Made by a program: the position numbers and the translations under genes. 64,000 bases of DNA from Candidatus Saccharimonadia bacterium (lineage in GTDB: Bacteria; Patescibacteriota; Saccharimonadia; Saccharimonadales; JALRHH01), in contig JALRHH010000002.1 of the NCBI GenBank assembly GCA_023253175.1, forward strand, positions 199 through 64,198. The letters run 5' to 3'. This document shows positions 49,990 through 59,065 of this stretch, in pieces (within the stretch, counting starts at the first letter, position 1; every line of letters begins with the position of its first letter). The notes beneath the pieces are model-generated. The model did no database searches and had not been told where the DNA came from. It worked only from the letters and a program-made list of their open reading frames with translations.

Positions 49990-50559
49990 CTATGAGCTAC
50001 TCTGATCGGGTAGCCCAATACGAGATAGGAAGTTTGCAAAGCGTTGTGATAAAGCTTCACGATAAATCTCATTAATAGATGTAACGTAGCTCCTCTTGCG
50101 AGCATCGTACAAAACCTCTCTCGGTGCTGTTATGAAGTGTTTAAAATCAAGCACCAATTCAGGGACCCCATTATCAAGGTCCTCTTGTAAATAATGGTAT
50201 CTCTTGTAAGTATCATTAGCTCTAATTTTAGCCATCAACTTTTCGCCGAATACTTCCATTTGACGCGTTGCGATATGTTCCCCCCTTGAGAAATCATCAA
50301 GCTGGTACGCTGGACAAACAAGTATAGTATCAATATTTTTGTCTGTTTTAACTGGTTTAGGCTTCTTGTTTCTTTCTTCATAATCTTGCTGCAAGTCACA
50401 ATCTTGAGTCAGTACAACCGCGTATTTTAAATTAGCCTCTATATGTAATGTATTACTCCCACTTCCAATAGAGATTAAAAGATCCTCAAAGATGTCCCCT
50501 TGGCATATTCGGGCCTTTCTGTAGTATCTATACGGACTTTTTATTAGACTTGTGTACAT
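49990..50559 (-). CDS. Hypothetical protein with a QGD/VVLTQDCDL motif (possible PemK-like fold)
   Basis: ICQGDIF...AVVLTQDCDL...LVCPA...YREALSQRFANFLSRIGLP. Confidence 0.7.
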   Translation of the reverse strand: MYTSLIKSPYRYYRKARICQGDIFEDLLISIGSGSNTLHIEANLKYAVVLTQDCDLQQDYEERNKKPKPVKTDKNIDTILVCPAYQLDDFSRGEHIATRQMEVFGEKLMAKIRANDTYKRYHYLQEDLDNGVPELVLDFKHFITAPREVLYDARKRSYVTSINEIYREALSQRFANFLSRIGLPDQSSS

Positions 50560-50737
50560 ACCTGGTGTGGTTATAAGAAGTATTGGTTCTAGAATAAACT
50601 ACAGCTTTGTCACTGGGTTGTGTCGAAGAGGTCCTAGCAGAAACAGACTGTTTTGCTGGCTTTTTTCGGGTATCCTCCGATGGCTTAGTATATCTGCCTG
50701 ATTCAGCCATCCTGTAATGAATATAGTCTTCGCTCAT
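50528..50737 (-). CDS. Small basic hypothetical protein
   Basis: 69 aa, coupled between the two neighbouring genes. Confidence 0.55.
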   Translation of the reverse strand: MSEDYIHYRMAESGRYTKPSEDTRKKPAKQSVSARTSSTQPSDKAVVYSRTNTSYNHTRYVHKSNKKSV

Positions 50738-50739
50738 TT

Positions 50740-51489
50740 TTATTTTTCCATTTCTTTTCTAACTTTATCGGTAATTGATAATTCGAATATACTTTCTGCC
50801 TCATCCTTTAAATCAGTAAATGACTTTAAGATTGCATCTAAATCTGTGTCTACTGGCCGAGGGGTATAACAGTCAATGTCTAAAATATAAGATGATCTCA
50901 AGATAGGACTAGGGTACTTATCATTCCAAATACCGTATTTAAATATCGCGCTACAGCTATCTGTCTTATATTCGAACTGATTTAATATCCTGAGCGGAAC
51001 CCTATCTTTTGAACCAATAAATTCATGAACGACAAGTAAGTCGCTAGATATGTAGGCCTTCCAGTCCTGCAACTTTCGGACAGAATCAAATTCAAGATTA
51101 TTTATATACCTTAGGCCCATACGAATTAGTTGCTTTACACTGTGATCGTTCAAAAATTTTATACACATTTTAGATATGTAATCTTTAATGGCACTTGAAT
51201 CTTTATATGAAAAATATTCTAGAACAAGATAAGATGGTCCTATTTCTAATCTGTTTCCATTTGTAGTATTAAGGAAGTGCCAAACATCAATTTCTTCTAC
51301 GGAATTAATAACCTCTCCTGAATCAACCTGAAACTCAAAATTCCCAACTTTGCCTTTTTTCTTAGAGATATCATCAAATAAGTCGCCAGCTAGTTGTCTG
51401 TACTCTTCAAAATTAGTAAGCTCCGTAGATTCAAAATCTAGTCGAAAAATCACTTGCTTCAGATAATTTTTCTTATATGTATGGCTCAT
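50740..51489 (-). CDS. TIGR04255-family-like protein
   Basis: YKKNYLKQVIFRLDF...RMGLRYIN...YILDIDCY...IFELSITD. Confidence 0.75.
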   Translation of the reverse strand: MSHTYKKNYLKQVIFRLDFESTELTNFEEYRQLAGDLFDDISKKKGKVGNFEFQVDSGEVINSVEEIDVWHFLNTTNGNRLEIGPSYLVLEYFSYKDSSAIKDYISKMCIKFLNDHSVKQLIRMGLRYINNLEFDSVRKLQDWKAYISSDLLVVHEFIGSKDRVPLRILNQFEYKTDSCSAIFKYGIWNDKYPSPILRSSYILDIDCYTPRPVDTDLDAILKSFTDLKDEAESIFELSITDKVRKEMEK

Positions 51490-51542
51490 ATCGTCTAAGA
51501 TTAATATAACACGATTGCTAGTCGCCGTCTTAATTAAGGTCC

Positions 51543-52304
51543 CTATTCCTTAATTTGAACTCTTTTCTTAAGCTCCAAAGTATCATTCATTTCCATAATA
51601 TAAAAGCCATCTTCAAACTGCCTACTTACTGTGTTGAAATCTTTTAGTATATATCTTTCACCGTAATTTTTGATTAATAAACGAGATGAATCATTTTGGG
51701 CTGAAATCACATATAGACCGTTCTGAGAGCTGGCAAAATACTTTCCAGTACCTAATGCAATAGCAAATACTAGAGTTAGTAAATAAATATAGTAAGCATT
51801 TCGTTCAGCCAACGTTTTATATGGTTTATTGAGATCTTCTTCCCTGCTTTTCTGGGCTTTTTCTAGTGCCTTATCCAAGTTACGGTAACGTATAAGATTA
51901 AAAATAAAATCTATTTCAAAGGTAAGCAGAAGTAGACAAATGATACCCGCCATTGTCAGCCAGTTATGTCCGCCCATACCATAGTAAACGAGTGCAGAAA
52001 TTACGGAAGCTATGGCCATACCTACCACTCTTCTCATCTCACGCTTAATTGATTCCCGTTTTATACCATCCGTCATTTCAATCATCGCTACTTTAATATG
52101 ATCAATCATAAAAAATCCATAGCTTAATAATGCGATGCTGACTATGAGAGTGATTACGTTTACCTCTATAAATTTGTAACTTACATTGAAATGATTTAAA
52201 TAAGCATATTCAAAAATGTAAGCAACCGCATAACTGGTTGCCGTAATCAACAGGACTTGTATACCACTATTTTCTAAAAATCCTTCTTTATTATTTTTTG
52301 GCAT
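51543..52304 (-). CDS. Multi-TM hypothetical protein
   Basis: 253 aa, about 5 TM helices, low GC. Confidence 0.7.
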   Translation of the reverse strand: MPKNNKEGFLENSGIQVLLITATSYAVAYIFEYAYLNHFNVSYKFIEVNVITLIVSIALLSYGFFMIDHIKVAMIEMTDGIKRESIKREMRRVVGMAIASVISALVYYGMGGHNWLTMAGIICLLLLTFEIDFIFNLIRYRNLDKALEKAQKSREEDLNKPYKTLAERNAYYIYLLTLVFAIALGTGKYFASSQNGLYVISAQNDSSRLLIKNYGERYILKDFNTVSRQFEDGFYIMEMNDTLELKKRVQIKE

Positions 52305-52593
52305 TCCTACTCCTACGCTTCATATTGTGTGATTATCCGGCATCGAATAATAAGCAGCAAGCATAACAAGAATCATCTATTCTGATATTAATAATTGACG
52401 CATCTAATCTAGATAATGTGCATATTATAAAAGTTGTTGCAATTACTACAAATATAATTACTACGTTAAGAAGTAAGGAACGTGTTTATGTTGCATTCTG
52501 TTGAATAAAGAGAATGCTCCGGTAGCTATACTTCCACCTAAATGCCCCGCATCGCTTAGCTGATTCTAGTTGCTGTAAGCTCCACTATGGCCC

Positions 52594-52634
52594 TCCAAAA
52601 TAAAAACTCCCTTCTCGGGAGTTTTTATTTTGGA
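52594..52634 (+). terminator. Terminator after the right att site (probably the original tRNA-Lys terminator)
   Basis: TCCAAAATAAAAACTCCC-TTCTC-GGGAGTTTTTATTTTGGA. Confidence 0.8.
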
Positions 52635-52769
52635 AAGTTTACGTGAATTCGAAACCAGTACCACGAAGTGGTGGGTTCGATAGCTAGGAGCTCACGCAGG
52701 AGCTTGCTCCGAGTAAGCAACGTAGATATATGCAATAATCCCACCAAAGTAATTTGCTATCATAGCTAC

Positions 52770-53039
52770 ATGTGTAGAAACATTAAACCACTCTATAATT
52801 TTGAACCACATGCTACCAATGATGAAATCATGGCTGCCGCAACACAGTTTGTTAGAAAGATTTCTGGGTTCCAGAAACCATCAGCTGCAAACGAGGCTGC
52901 TTTTAACAAAGCGATCGGAGAGATAGCGCACGCGAGTCATCACCTGCTCGAAGATCTTGTCACGCAAGCCGCGCCCCGAAACCGCGAAATAGAAGCAGCC
53001 AAAGCACACGCACGTGCAGTAAAGCGTTTCGGAAATTAA
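52770..53039 (+). CDS. DUF2277-family protein
   Basis: MCRNIKPLYNFEPHAT..EI.AAATQFVRKISGF.KPS..NEAAF. Confidence 0.85.
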   Translation: MCRNIKPLYNFEPHATNDEIMAAATQFVRKISGFQKPSAANEAAFNKAIGEIAHASHHLLEDLVTQAAPRNREIEAAKAHARAVKRFGN

Positions 53040-53043
53040 GACA

Positions 53044-53346
53044 CTAGTCCTGCCAGGCAAGTTCGTGTCGAGCAGGATTCTTATACTGAGGTGACAAGCA
53101 TGCCATAATAAAATGTGCCTCGCCTTCTGTTATCAAACCCTCATCCCGGTCTTTCTGGGCGGCCGCACATCTTGCCTCATATTGATCGTTTCCTAGAATA
53201 TCTACCACCATCTTTTCCTTCGTCTCGGGCGCAGAGTGCGGAGATTCCTCGTCAACTTCAGCCCGCACCTCTTCAGCTGAACGTGATCCGTATTGACCCT
53301 TCATAAGCTTTTCAAAGTTGGTATCTAATTCCATGATAAGTTCCAT
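53044..53346 (-). CDS. Hypothetical protein
   Basis: 100-aa acidic ORF. Confidence 0.55.
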   Translation of the reverse strand: MELIMELDTNFEKLMKGQYGSRSAEEVRAEVDEESPHSAPETKEKMVVDILGNDQYEARCAAAQKDRDEGLITEGEAHFIMACLSPQYKNPARHELAWQD

Positions 53347-53442
53347 TATATGTAACTGTGGCGCCTATGCAACCATGAGCAATACAATCTGAAAAATATT
53401 TTTGTTTTAGCCATAAGTACGATACTATACAGATATCTGCTA

Positions 53443-53556
53443 ACAGCAGCATCAAGAGTACGGTTAGAGATCTAGCTCGATGATCCGTCGGCAACCTGCG
53501 AAATGTAAGGTGCTCCACCTAGACCAATTACTAACAATAATTGGAAGGATGTGGTT
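53443..53556 (+). promoter_or_regulatory. SAM-I (S-box) riboswitch aptamer
   Basis: CATCAAGAG; P2 ACGG...CCGT, whose loop TCTAG pairs with downstream CTAGA; GGCAACC...AAGGTGC; P4 CCAATTA/TAATTGG; closing AAGGATG. Confidence 0.88.
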
Positions 53557-53573
53557 ACAACATACTTGAAGCC

Positions 53574-53603
53574 CATCCTTTCTAGAGATAGAAGGGATTT
53601 TTA
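53574..53603 (+). terminator. Riboswitch expression-platform terminator
   Basis: ATCCTTTCTA-GAGA-TAGAAGGGAT followed by TTTT. Its 5' arm CATCCTT can alternatively pair with the aptamer's AAGGATG. Confidence 0.8.
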
Positions 53604-54233
53604 ATGTCAGAAGCACTGCACATTACAGAACAAACATTCACGAACGATATTACCTCTGAACAGGTGCTGCATGCACTCCGGAGCGAAGGCGCCATCTGGC
53701 TAAAAGGCTTTGTATCGCCAGATGATCAAGCCGCAATAGTAGAAGAAGTTCTGTCACATGAGCTTACAGAAGTAGACAGAACAAATCATCGAATTCGAGA
53801 ACAATTCAAAGATGTTGACTGGAAGTTTGAGGAAACGCCACCGCTCTCAAAAATACTAGGACAGCGCATCGTGCAGCTTGTGCAACCGGCTGTCCGGGCC
53901 TGGGAGGTTAATCACGTTCGTGCGCAGCTATACTCACCCGGCGAGGTTGGCATTGAGTGGCACTACGACTATAAACGTGATCTTAGAGTTGTTGCGGTTG
54001 CTTCATTCCTTGGCCCCGCACTATTCCAAGCAAAGCTTGACTCTGGCCAAGTAGATTGGCAACTACAACCCGGTGACCTCACGCTCATGCGCGGCGCACT
54101 ACTGAACGGCAACATTGATGATAGGCCGCACCACCGAGTAGAAGCACCACTATCAGGACAACGCCTATCAATTGCCTACCGAGAGTTTACGGAAATAGTA
54201 CCTGAACTGGAGCCAAGAAATGTCACAAGTTGA
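53604..54233 (+). CDS. AlkB-like 2-oxoglutarate/Fe(II) oxygenase
   Basis: Y.PG..GIEWHYD (HxD), LQPGDL.LMRG, PHHRV and RLSIAYR. Confidence 0.85.
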   Translation: MSEALHITEQTFTNDITSEQVLHALRSEGAIWLKGFVSPDDQAAIVEEVLSHELTEVDRTNHRIREQFKDVDWKFEETPPLSKILGQRIVQLVQPAVRAWEVNHVRAQLYSPGEVGIEWHYDYKRDLRVVAVASFLGPALFQAKLDSGQVDWQLQPGDLTLMRGALLNGNIDDRPHHRVEAPLSGQRLSIAYREFTEIVPELEPRNVTS

Positions 54234-54762
54234 AACAAGCATTGAAACAATCCTACGGCACATAGATAACAACCCTACTCGAGAAGGCCTGCAGGACACA
54301 CCAAAGCGGTACGCTAAATTTATTACAGAATTTACGAGTCCGCCGGAATTTACCCCCACTACCTTTCAGAGTGAAGGTTACAACGAGATGATCGTGCAAG
54401 ATAACATTGCCTTTTATAGCCTGTGCGAGCATCATCTCCTTCCCTTCTTTGGAACCGGTACGATCGCCTATATTCCAAATGATCGGATCATTGGACTATC
54501 CAAACTAGCCAGAACGCTGGAACACTTCAGTCGGCGATTACAGAATCAAGAGCGCATCACTGAACAAGTGGCTGAATACCTACAAGACATCTTGAAACCG
54601 AAGGGTGTTGGTGTGGTTCTAACCGCGCGGCACTTATGCATGGAAATGCGCGGTGTCAGCAAACCGAATGTTTGTACGAGCACCTCCACACTCAGGGGTA
54701 TATTCAAAACAAATCCGCGAACTCGGGCTGAGTTTTTGAATCTCAAAAGTAGCAGACCATGA
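54220..54762 (+). CDS. folE: GTP cyclohydrolase I
   Basis: Motifs REGLQDTPKR, SLCEHHLLPF, GLSKLAR, RLQNQER and HLCMEMRG. Confidence 0.96.
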   Translation: MSQVETSIETILRHIDNNPTREGLQDTPKRYAKFITEFTSPPEFTPTTFQSEGYNEMIVQDNIAFYSLCEHHLLPFFGTGTIAYIPNDRIIGLSKLARTLEHFSRRLQNQERITEQVAEYLQDILKPKGVGVVLTARHLCMEMRGVSKPNVCTSTSTLRGIFKTNPRTRAEFLNLKSSRP

Positions 54763-55520
54763 CAGAATTAGTGGGCATTCTTAATATAACACCTGATAGC
54801 TTTTCGGATGGCGGTCAATGGAGCGACCCATATAAAGTCCTGGGACGAGTTAATGCGCTGCGACTAGAGGGCGCAGATTTGATTGATATTGGAGCGGAGT
54901 CAACCAGACCCGGAGCGCATGAAATTACAGCAAATGAGGAATGGCAGAGACTTAGACCGGTAATAGGAATTCTGCGGGAATATTATCCCGCTTGCATATT
55001 CTCCATCGATACACGGCATGCCCAGATCGCACGACGAGCCATTAATAGCTGGTCAAGTGATCTAATCATCAATGACGTTACGGGTGTCCATGATCCTGCA
55101 ATGGCAGAAGTACTTGCCGAACATGGGTCACGTGCCATCGTCAGCCACCTACCAGCTGCAAGCGGTGGTGATATCGCAAAAGCCCATACCGTCACAGAGA
55201 CAAATCTCAACCGAGTTATAGACGAACTTCATACACAAATTGAAGTACTTGTGGGTCAAGGTATTGAGCGGGGTAAGATTATTGCAGATCCGGGGATTGG
55301 ATTTGGCAAGCACCGAGATTTAAACCGAGAGCTGGTAACTTTTGCCCAGTATACTGACTATCCAGTGACGATTGGATATTCAAGGAAACGATTTCTTGGT
55401 GAGCGGCGACTCGACCCGGCTTATAATGCAGAAATTGGCAAGATCGCAGCTGCAAGTGGCGCCGCCTACCTCCGAGTACATGATGTAACGGCGCACCGTG
55501 GAGCACTACGCTCGACATAG
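54759..55520 (+). CDS. folP: Dihydropteroate synthase
   Basis: Motifs GILNITPDSFSDGG, DIGAESTRPG, DPGIGFGK, SRKRF and RVHDV. Confidence 0.95.
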   Translation: MTELVGILNITPDSFSDGGQWSDPYKVLGRVNALRLEGADLIDIGAESTRPGAHEITANEEWQRLRPVIGILREYYPACIFSIDTRHAQIARRAINSWSSDLIINDVTGVHDPAMAEVLAEHGSRAIVSHLPAASGGDIAKAHTVTETNLNRVIDELHTQIEVLVGQGIERGKIIADPGIGFGKHRDLNRELVTFAQYTDYPVTIGYSRKRFLGERRLDPAYNAEIGKIAAASGAAYLRVHDVTAHRGALRST

Positions 55521-55531
55521 TATCCCGGAAT

Positions 55532-56071
55532 TTAGGGGGCGAGCGCTATACCTTCGTTAATTTCTGATACTTGATATTCAATAGTTTTTTCTTTTGGCGA
55601 TACAACGACGCTCACAATAGTACGTGAATCTTCGCTCACGCCTGACTTGAGCACAACAGGGGATTTGGTATCAAGTTTAAATGACAGGGGCTTCCTAATA
55701 ATATCTTTGCACCACGCTACGGTCGGTGGCTGCGCTGTAGACGCAAAAGTAATGGTAAATTTCTTTCCTTCGGGTAATATGGTGAATAGTTCTTCGCAAA
55801 TCTTTGCTTCATCGGAGTAGCTGTATAGACGATATAGATAGCCGCACTTATCAAAGCAGTGAGATTTAGGATCATAGCCTTCGGTCACTAGTTGTGTATT
55901 TTTAGGTGCAGCTGGCATAAGCAGTGCCAGTGATTCATTACGAGATAATTTGGGCGAATCTGAACCCAGCGACATGAAGAATGTAAATACCGCGACCTGT
56001 AGGCCTATGGCCAGTAGAACAGCCCCAACGATAATCAATACTTTCTTAGTGGTGCCGGAATTCTGATTCAT
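55532..56071 (-). CDS. Membrane-anchored hypothetical protein
   Basis: 179 aa with an N-terminal TM helix and 4 Cys. Confidence 0.65.
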   Translation of the reverse strand: MNQNSGTTKKVLIIVGAVLLAIGLQVAVFTFFMSLGSDSPKLSRNESLALLMPAAPKNTQLVTEGYDPKSHCFDKCGYLYRLYSYSDEAKICEELFTILPEGKKFTITFASTAQPPTVAWCKDIIRKPLSFKLDTKSPVVLKSGVSEDSRTIVSVVVSPKEKTIEYQVSEINEGIALAP

Positions 56072-56156
56072 ATCCTATAGTGTACGCCTATATAATCCCT
56101 TTGCGAAGCAGGTACCACAATACAATTGAAGTAGGAATTAATGAGGTAATACCGAA

Positions 56157-56660
56157 TTAATTAGCCCTACTCACTAATTGGACGGCATTTTGACACATAG
56201 TAGGTAAATCTTCGGCAATCTTGACCTGAGGGCAGTCCTGACCAAAGCGTCTTTTAATATAACGTGCGTTTCCGAAACCTTCGTCAATGCCGATAGTTAG
56301 CTTGATACCTTCGTATTCGTGTCGCATTTTCCACTCCGCAAGCTCAAAACGTGAAGTCTAGGCATATGCACGTCCTGGAGTGTCTTCAGCCTGGGCTGCA
56401 AGCCAAAAGCTCACTACACCGAGTCTTCCTGCTTCGCGCAAAAAGTGTGTTTCCCAATCAACTTGATTTTCGTATACGAATGTTCCCTCTGGGTAATCTT
56501 TTCGGGGCGATGCAACTATAATTGATGAATCTAGATCATGAATAATAGAGGTGGCTTCAGTCTGCCAATCTGGCGCCCCTTGGATAGGTCCTGCCAAGAA
56601 AATAACTGCGCCGTCTGCTTCGACAATTTCTGGAGGTTGAAGCAAGAGTCGTTCAGGCAT
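56157..56660 (-). pseudogene. Nucleoside 2-deoxyribosyltransferase-like gene interrupted by an in-frame TAG
   Basis: IFLAGPIQGAPDWQ...QVDWE...GRAYA*TSRFELAEW...; the frame stays open for 66 more codons, to TAA at 56157. Confidence 0.8.
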
Positions 56661-56769
56661 AACTTAATTATACCAAAAAGACGTCAGCACTGATGTCTAT
56701 TCATTGAGCCTCATGCAGTACGGCATTCTTGCACGGGCTAGAGATGGTTTAGCTTCAACCCTGGGCGCT

Positions 56770-57573
56770 TCAAGCTACCGTTTCCGTCAGTAATAGCTGG
56801 ACTTTATTATTCCTAGTGTCAAAAACCGTTGCGCCAAACCTGATAAGTTGTGCCGTATCTGCAGCAAGCACATGATTTACTACTGCTAAATCTTCGGTCT
56901 GTGCGGGTTTTACGATAGCAATATTCATAACTCTAGCGCCAATTTGGCGCGCAAAAGCTCGTTCTGTTTGCGAACCTAACGACATGTCCGTATCAATCAT
57001 TCGAACGACAGTAGTTATTGGGTTAGCATCTTTACCGTCAGTAATAAGCCCAGCAAACACACTCGACATCTTAAAGTATTCTGAAGCTCGAATTTCGGCA
57101 CTTGCCTTACTCGTCATTAAATTTGTATCGAGTTCGATGGCGTCAAAGGCCTGATGTGCGGCTTTGCGTAAAGCGTCCACATCACGGGCCACGAATCCTG
57201 GGGTAAATTGGTATCCCCCGATAACACTAAGCCAAAATTCCATGAACTCTGCCTGGTTCCAGTGCGTTTTGCCAACGAACACAGGTTCGATTGCCGATCT
57301 AGGGTCTATCTGAGCATCAGCTGCAAGCTGTTCCGCTAGTAGACGTGCAGACTCTGTATTTCGAGAAATTACATCCTTCATCTCTAAGCTATCATCACGA
57401 GCGTGACCTCCACTCGTTATCGACGTGCTGAGATAAGTTTCTGGCGTAATACTTTGAGAAACTTGATTTTCATAGAGCCACCAATATGCCTCATACGGAT
57501 CGAGTCCTTCAGCATTAACCACCCCAGTAAGCTCCTGAAGTAGTGGCCGGTAACGGAATTCGGGATTTCTCAT
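56770..57573 (-). CDS. Hypothetical protein
   Basis: 267 aa. YLSTSITSGG and SLGSQTERAFA suggest a nucleoside-deoxyribosyltransferase-like Rossmann fold (tentative). Confidence 0.65.
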   Translation of the reverse strand: MRNPEFRYRPLLQELTGVVNAEGLDPYEAYWWLYENQVSQSITPETYLSTSITSGGHARDDSLEMKDVISRNTESARLLAEQLAADAQIDPRSAIEPVFVGKTHWNQAEFMEFWLSVIGGYQFTPGFVARDVDALRKAAHQAFDAIELDTNLMTSKASAEIRASEYFKMSSVFAGLITDGKDANPITTVVRMIDTDMSLGSQTERAFARQIGARVMNIAIVKPAQTEDLAVVNHVLAADTAQLIRFGATVFDTRNNKVQLLLTETVA

Positions 57574-57622
57574 ATAGACTTAATTATTACTGAGAAGATC
57601 GACATCTACAAGCATAAGCGAA

Positions 57623-57641
57623 CTGGTACACCCGGCAAGAT
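57623..57641. repeat. 19-bp duplicate of the tRNA-Arg 3' end
   Basis: CTGGTACACCCGGCAAGAT, identical to 57771-57789. Confidence 0.85.
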
Positions 57642-57771
57642 AATGCACATTAATCTGTGCGCCGAGAATACTCGGGCAGCAGACTAATGACCGAACTTTA
57701 GCTCGAATCTTGTCTCGATAAATCGAGCAGAAAACAAAAACCACCCACAGGGGATGGTTTTAATTTTCTCC

Positions 57772-57848
57772 TGGTACACCCGGCAAGATTCGAACTTGCG
57801 ACACCTGGTTCCGAAGACCAGTGCTCTAATCCGCTGAGCTACGGGTGC
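57772..57848 (-). tRNA. tRNA-Arg(TCG)
   Basis: GCACCCGTAGCTCAGCGGATTAGAGCA-CTGGT-CT-TCG-GA-ACCAG...GTTCGAATC...CCA. Confidence 0.95.
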
Positions 57849-57978
57849 ATAAAGGCTTTTACAGATTAGCACATCTGTTACAAAGTTGGTAGTATCGTGC
57901 GCTTCTGTGGGGTATCTAACAGCCCTCATGGCCTAATACCGTTATCATAGATGATGCTAACCTAATAAAGGAGGAATT

Positions 57979-58140
57979 ATGGCTCTATCAGACCGCGGTT
58001 TTGCATCTATGAGCAAGTCCAAACAACGAGAAATTGCCAGCATGGGCGGCAAGGCAACCGCTGGCAAGAACCTCACTAAGGAAGCACGAGCTAAAGGTGG
58101 ACGCGTCAGCCGACGTGGCCCAGCACGCTCAAGCATGTAG
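57979..58140 (+). CDS. KGG-motif general stress protein (53 aa)
   Basis: Below the ORF-track cutoff. AGGAGG RBS; MALSDRGFASMSKSKQREIASMGGKA...AKGGR. Confidence 0.85.
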   Translation: MALSDRGFASMSKSKQREIASMGGKATAGKNLTKEARAKGGRVSRRGPARSSM

Positions 58141-58178
58141 ATTATCAAAATCCACCCTTTCCCTAAAAGAGCCGTAGT

Positions 58179-58964
58179 TTATGCGGCTCTTTTTGTTTTG
58201 CGGCGCGCCTTTTCGCCGCGCCTGCTCAAATGATCCGCCGCTTCGTCAATAAGGAACAGGCTCACGTCGTCCTGTGTTTTACCCTGTGCTTGGAATGGTG
58301 TGCTGATGACCTGGATCAACCGGAGCATGTAAACCAGAATAAAAGAGATAACAGCTGTAATAATAATTCCACCGGTCAGTGGTTCGATTTCTGTAAAGAG
58401 GATAAATGCAATAACAATTGGGATGATTGATTTCGCAAGAATCGATGCCGACGGAATGAAAGTAATCCGTTGAATATACGTTACGCGGAACAAGATCTTA
58501 AGGAGCTGAGCCTGTTGCTGCTTGAGTTTTACGATGTAATTTGGTGGTACGCCAGCCTTTTCCATCTCAACAAATAACTCATTCAGCCTATGAATATCGA
58601 ATCTTGCGGTGTGGTTTTTGTTCCTAATTCCGTCCCCGAATGACCGTGCGACATCTGACAAAATCGTTCTGAATTTCTCTAGATTAAACTTGGGGTACAC
58701 CGCATGTGTCGCCTCGGCGTCTTCGTACATATTCTCTAGAATCGAGGAGAATTCCGAAGGTACACGTTCACTCTCTTTATAGTCAGCAATGGTCGTTGAA
58801 AGCAAGAAACCGAGTACGAAGAACGTTCCCGTGATAACACCAGTGTGGAGCGAACCAAGCGTCAACACCTCGTTCCCAGTGTTATGTAGGATTATCTTAG
58901 CCACCACGACAATGATCGTTGCCAGCAAACTGATAATAAAAATGTTAAAACGCGAAAGACTCAG
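58179..58964 (-). CDS. Multi-TM membrane protein (bestrophin-like/DUF4239-like)
   Basis: FVLGFLLS...DYKE and C-terminal TMs followed by ISTPF. Probable CTG start at 58964 behind AGGAG. Confidence 0.7.
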   Translation of the reverse strand: MSLSRFNIFIISLLATIIVVVAKIILHNTGNEVLTLGSLHTGVITGTFFVLGFLLSTTIADYKESERVPSEFSSILENMYEDAEATHAVYPKFNLEKFRTILSDVARSFGDGIRNKNHTARFDIHRLNELFVEMEKAGVPPNYIVKLKQQQAQLLKILFRVTYIQRITFIPSASILAKSIIPIVIAFILFTEIEPLTGGIIITAVISFILVYMLRLIQVISTPFQAQGKTQDDVSLFLIDEAADHLSRRGEKARRKTKRAA

Positions 58965-59065
58965 GGTACACTCCTTTAGTTACTTTTAGTTTATATAGTA
59001 TACAAAACTACACGAAACAGCATTGTTATGTATCTTACACGTAATACTTAACATGTTAAGTATTA

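Larger units (their letters stand above)
47013..52599. mobile_element. ~5.6-kb integrative element in the tRNA-Lys 3' end
   Basis: Direct repeat GGCCCTCCAAA at 47013-47023 and 52589-52599. A serine recombinase sits at the left end. Sampled lines are 28-37% GC. A terminator follows the right repeat. Confidence 0.85.

Noticed and set aside
52640..52746. tRNA-like GTGGGTTCGA...CCCACCA sequence after the right att site
   Set aside because: No cloverleaf or anticodon arm can be built; it looks like a palindromic tRNA-flank tract.
53312..53518. 68-aa minus-strand ORF
   Set aside because: It overlaps the SAM-I riboswitch on the opposite strand and has no coding support.
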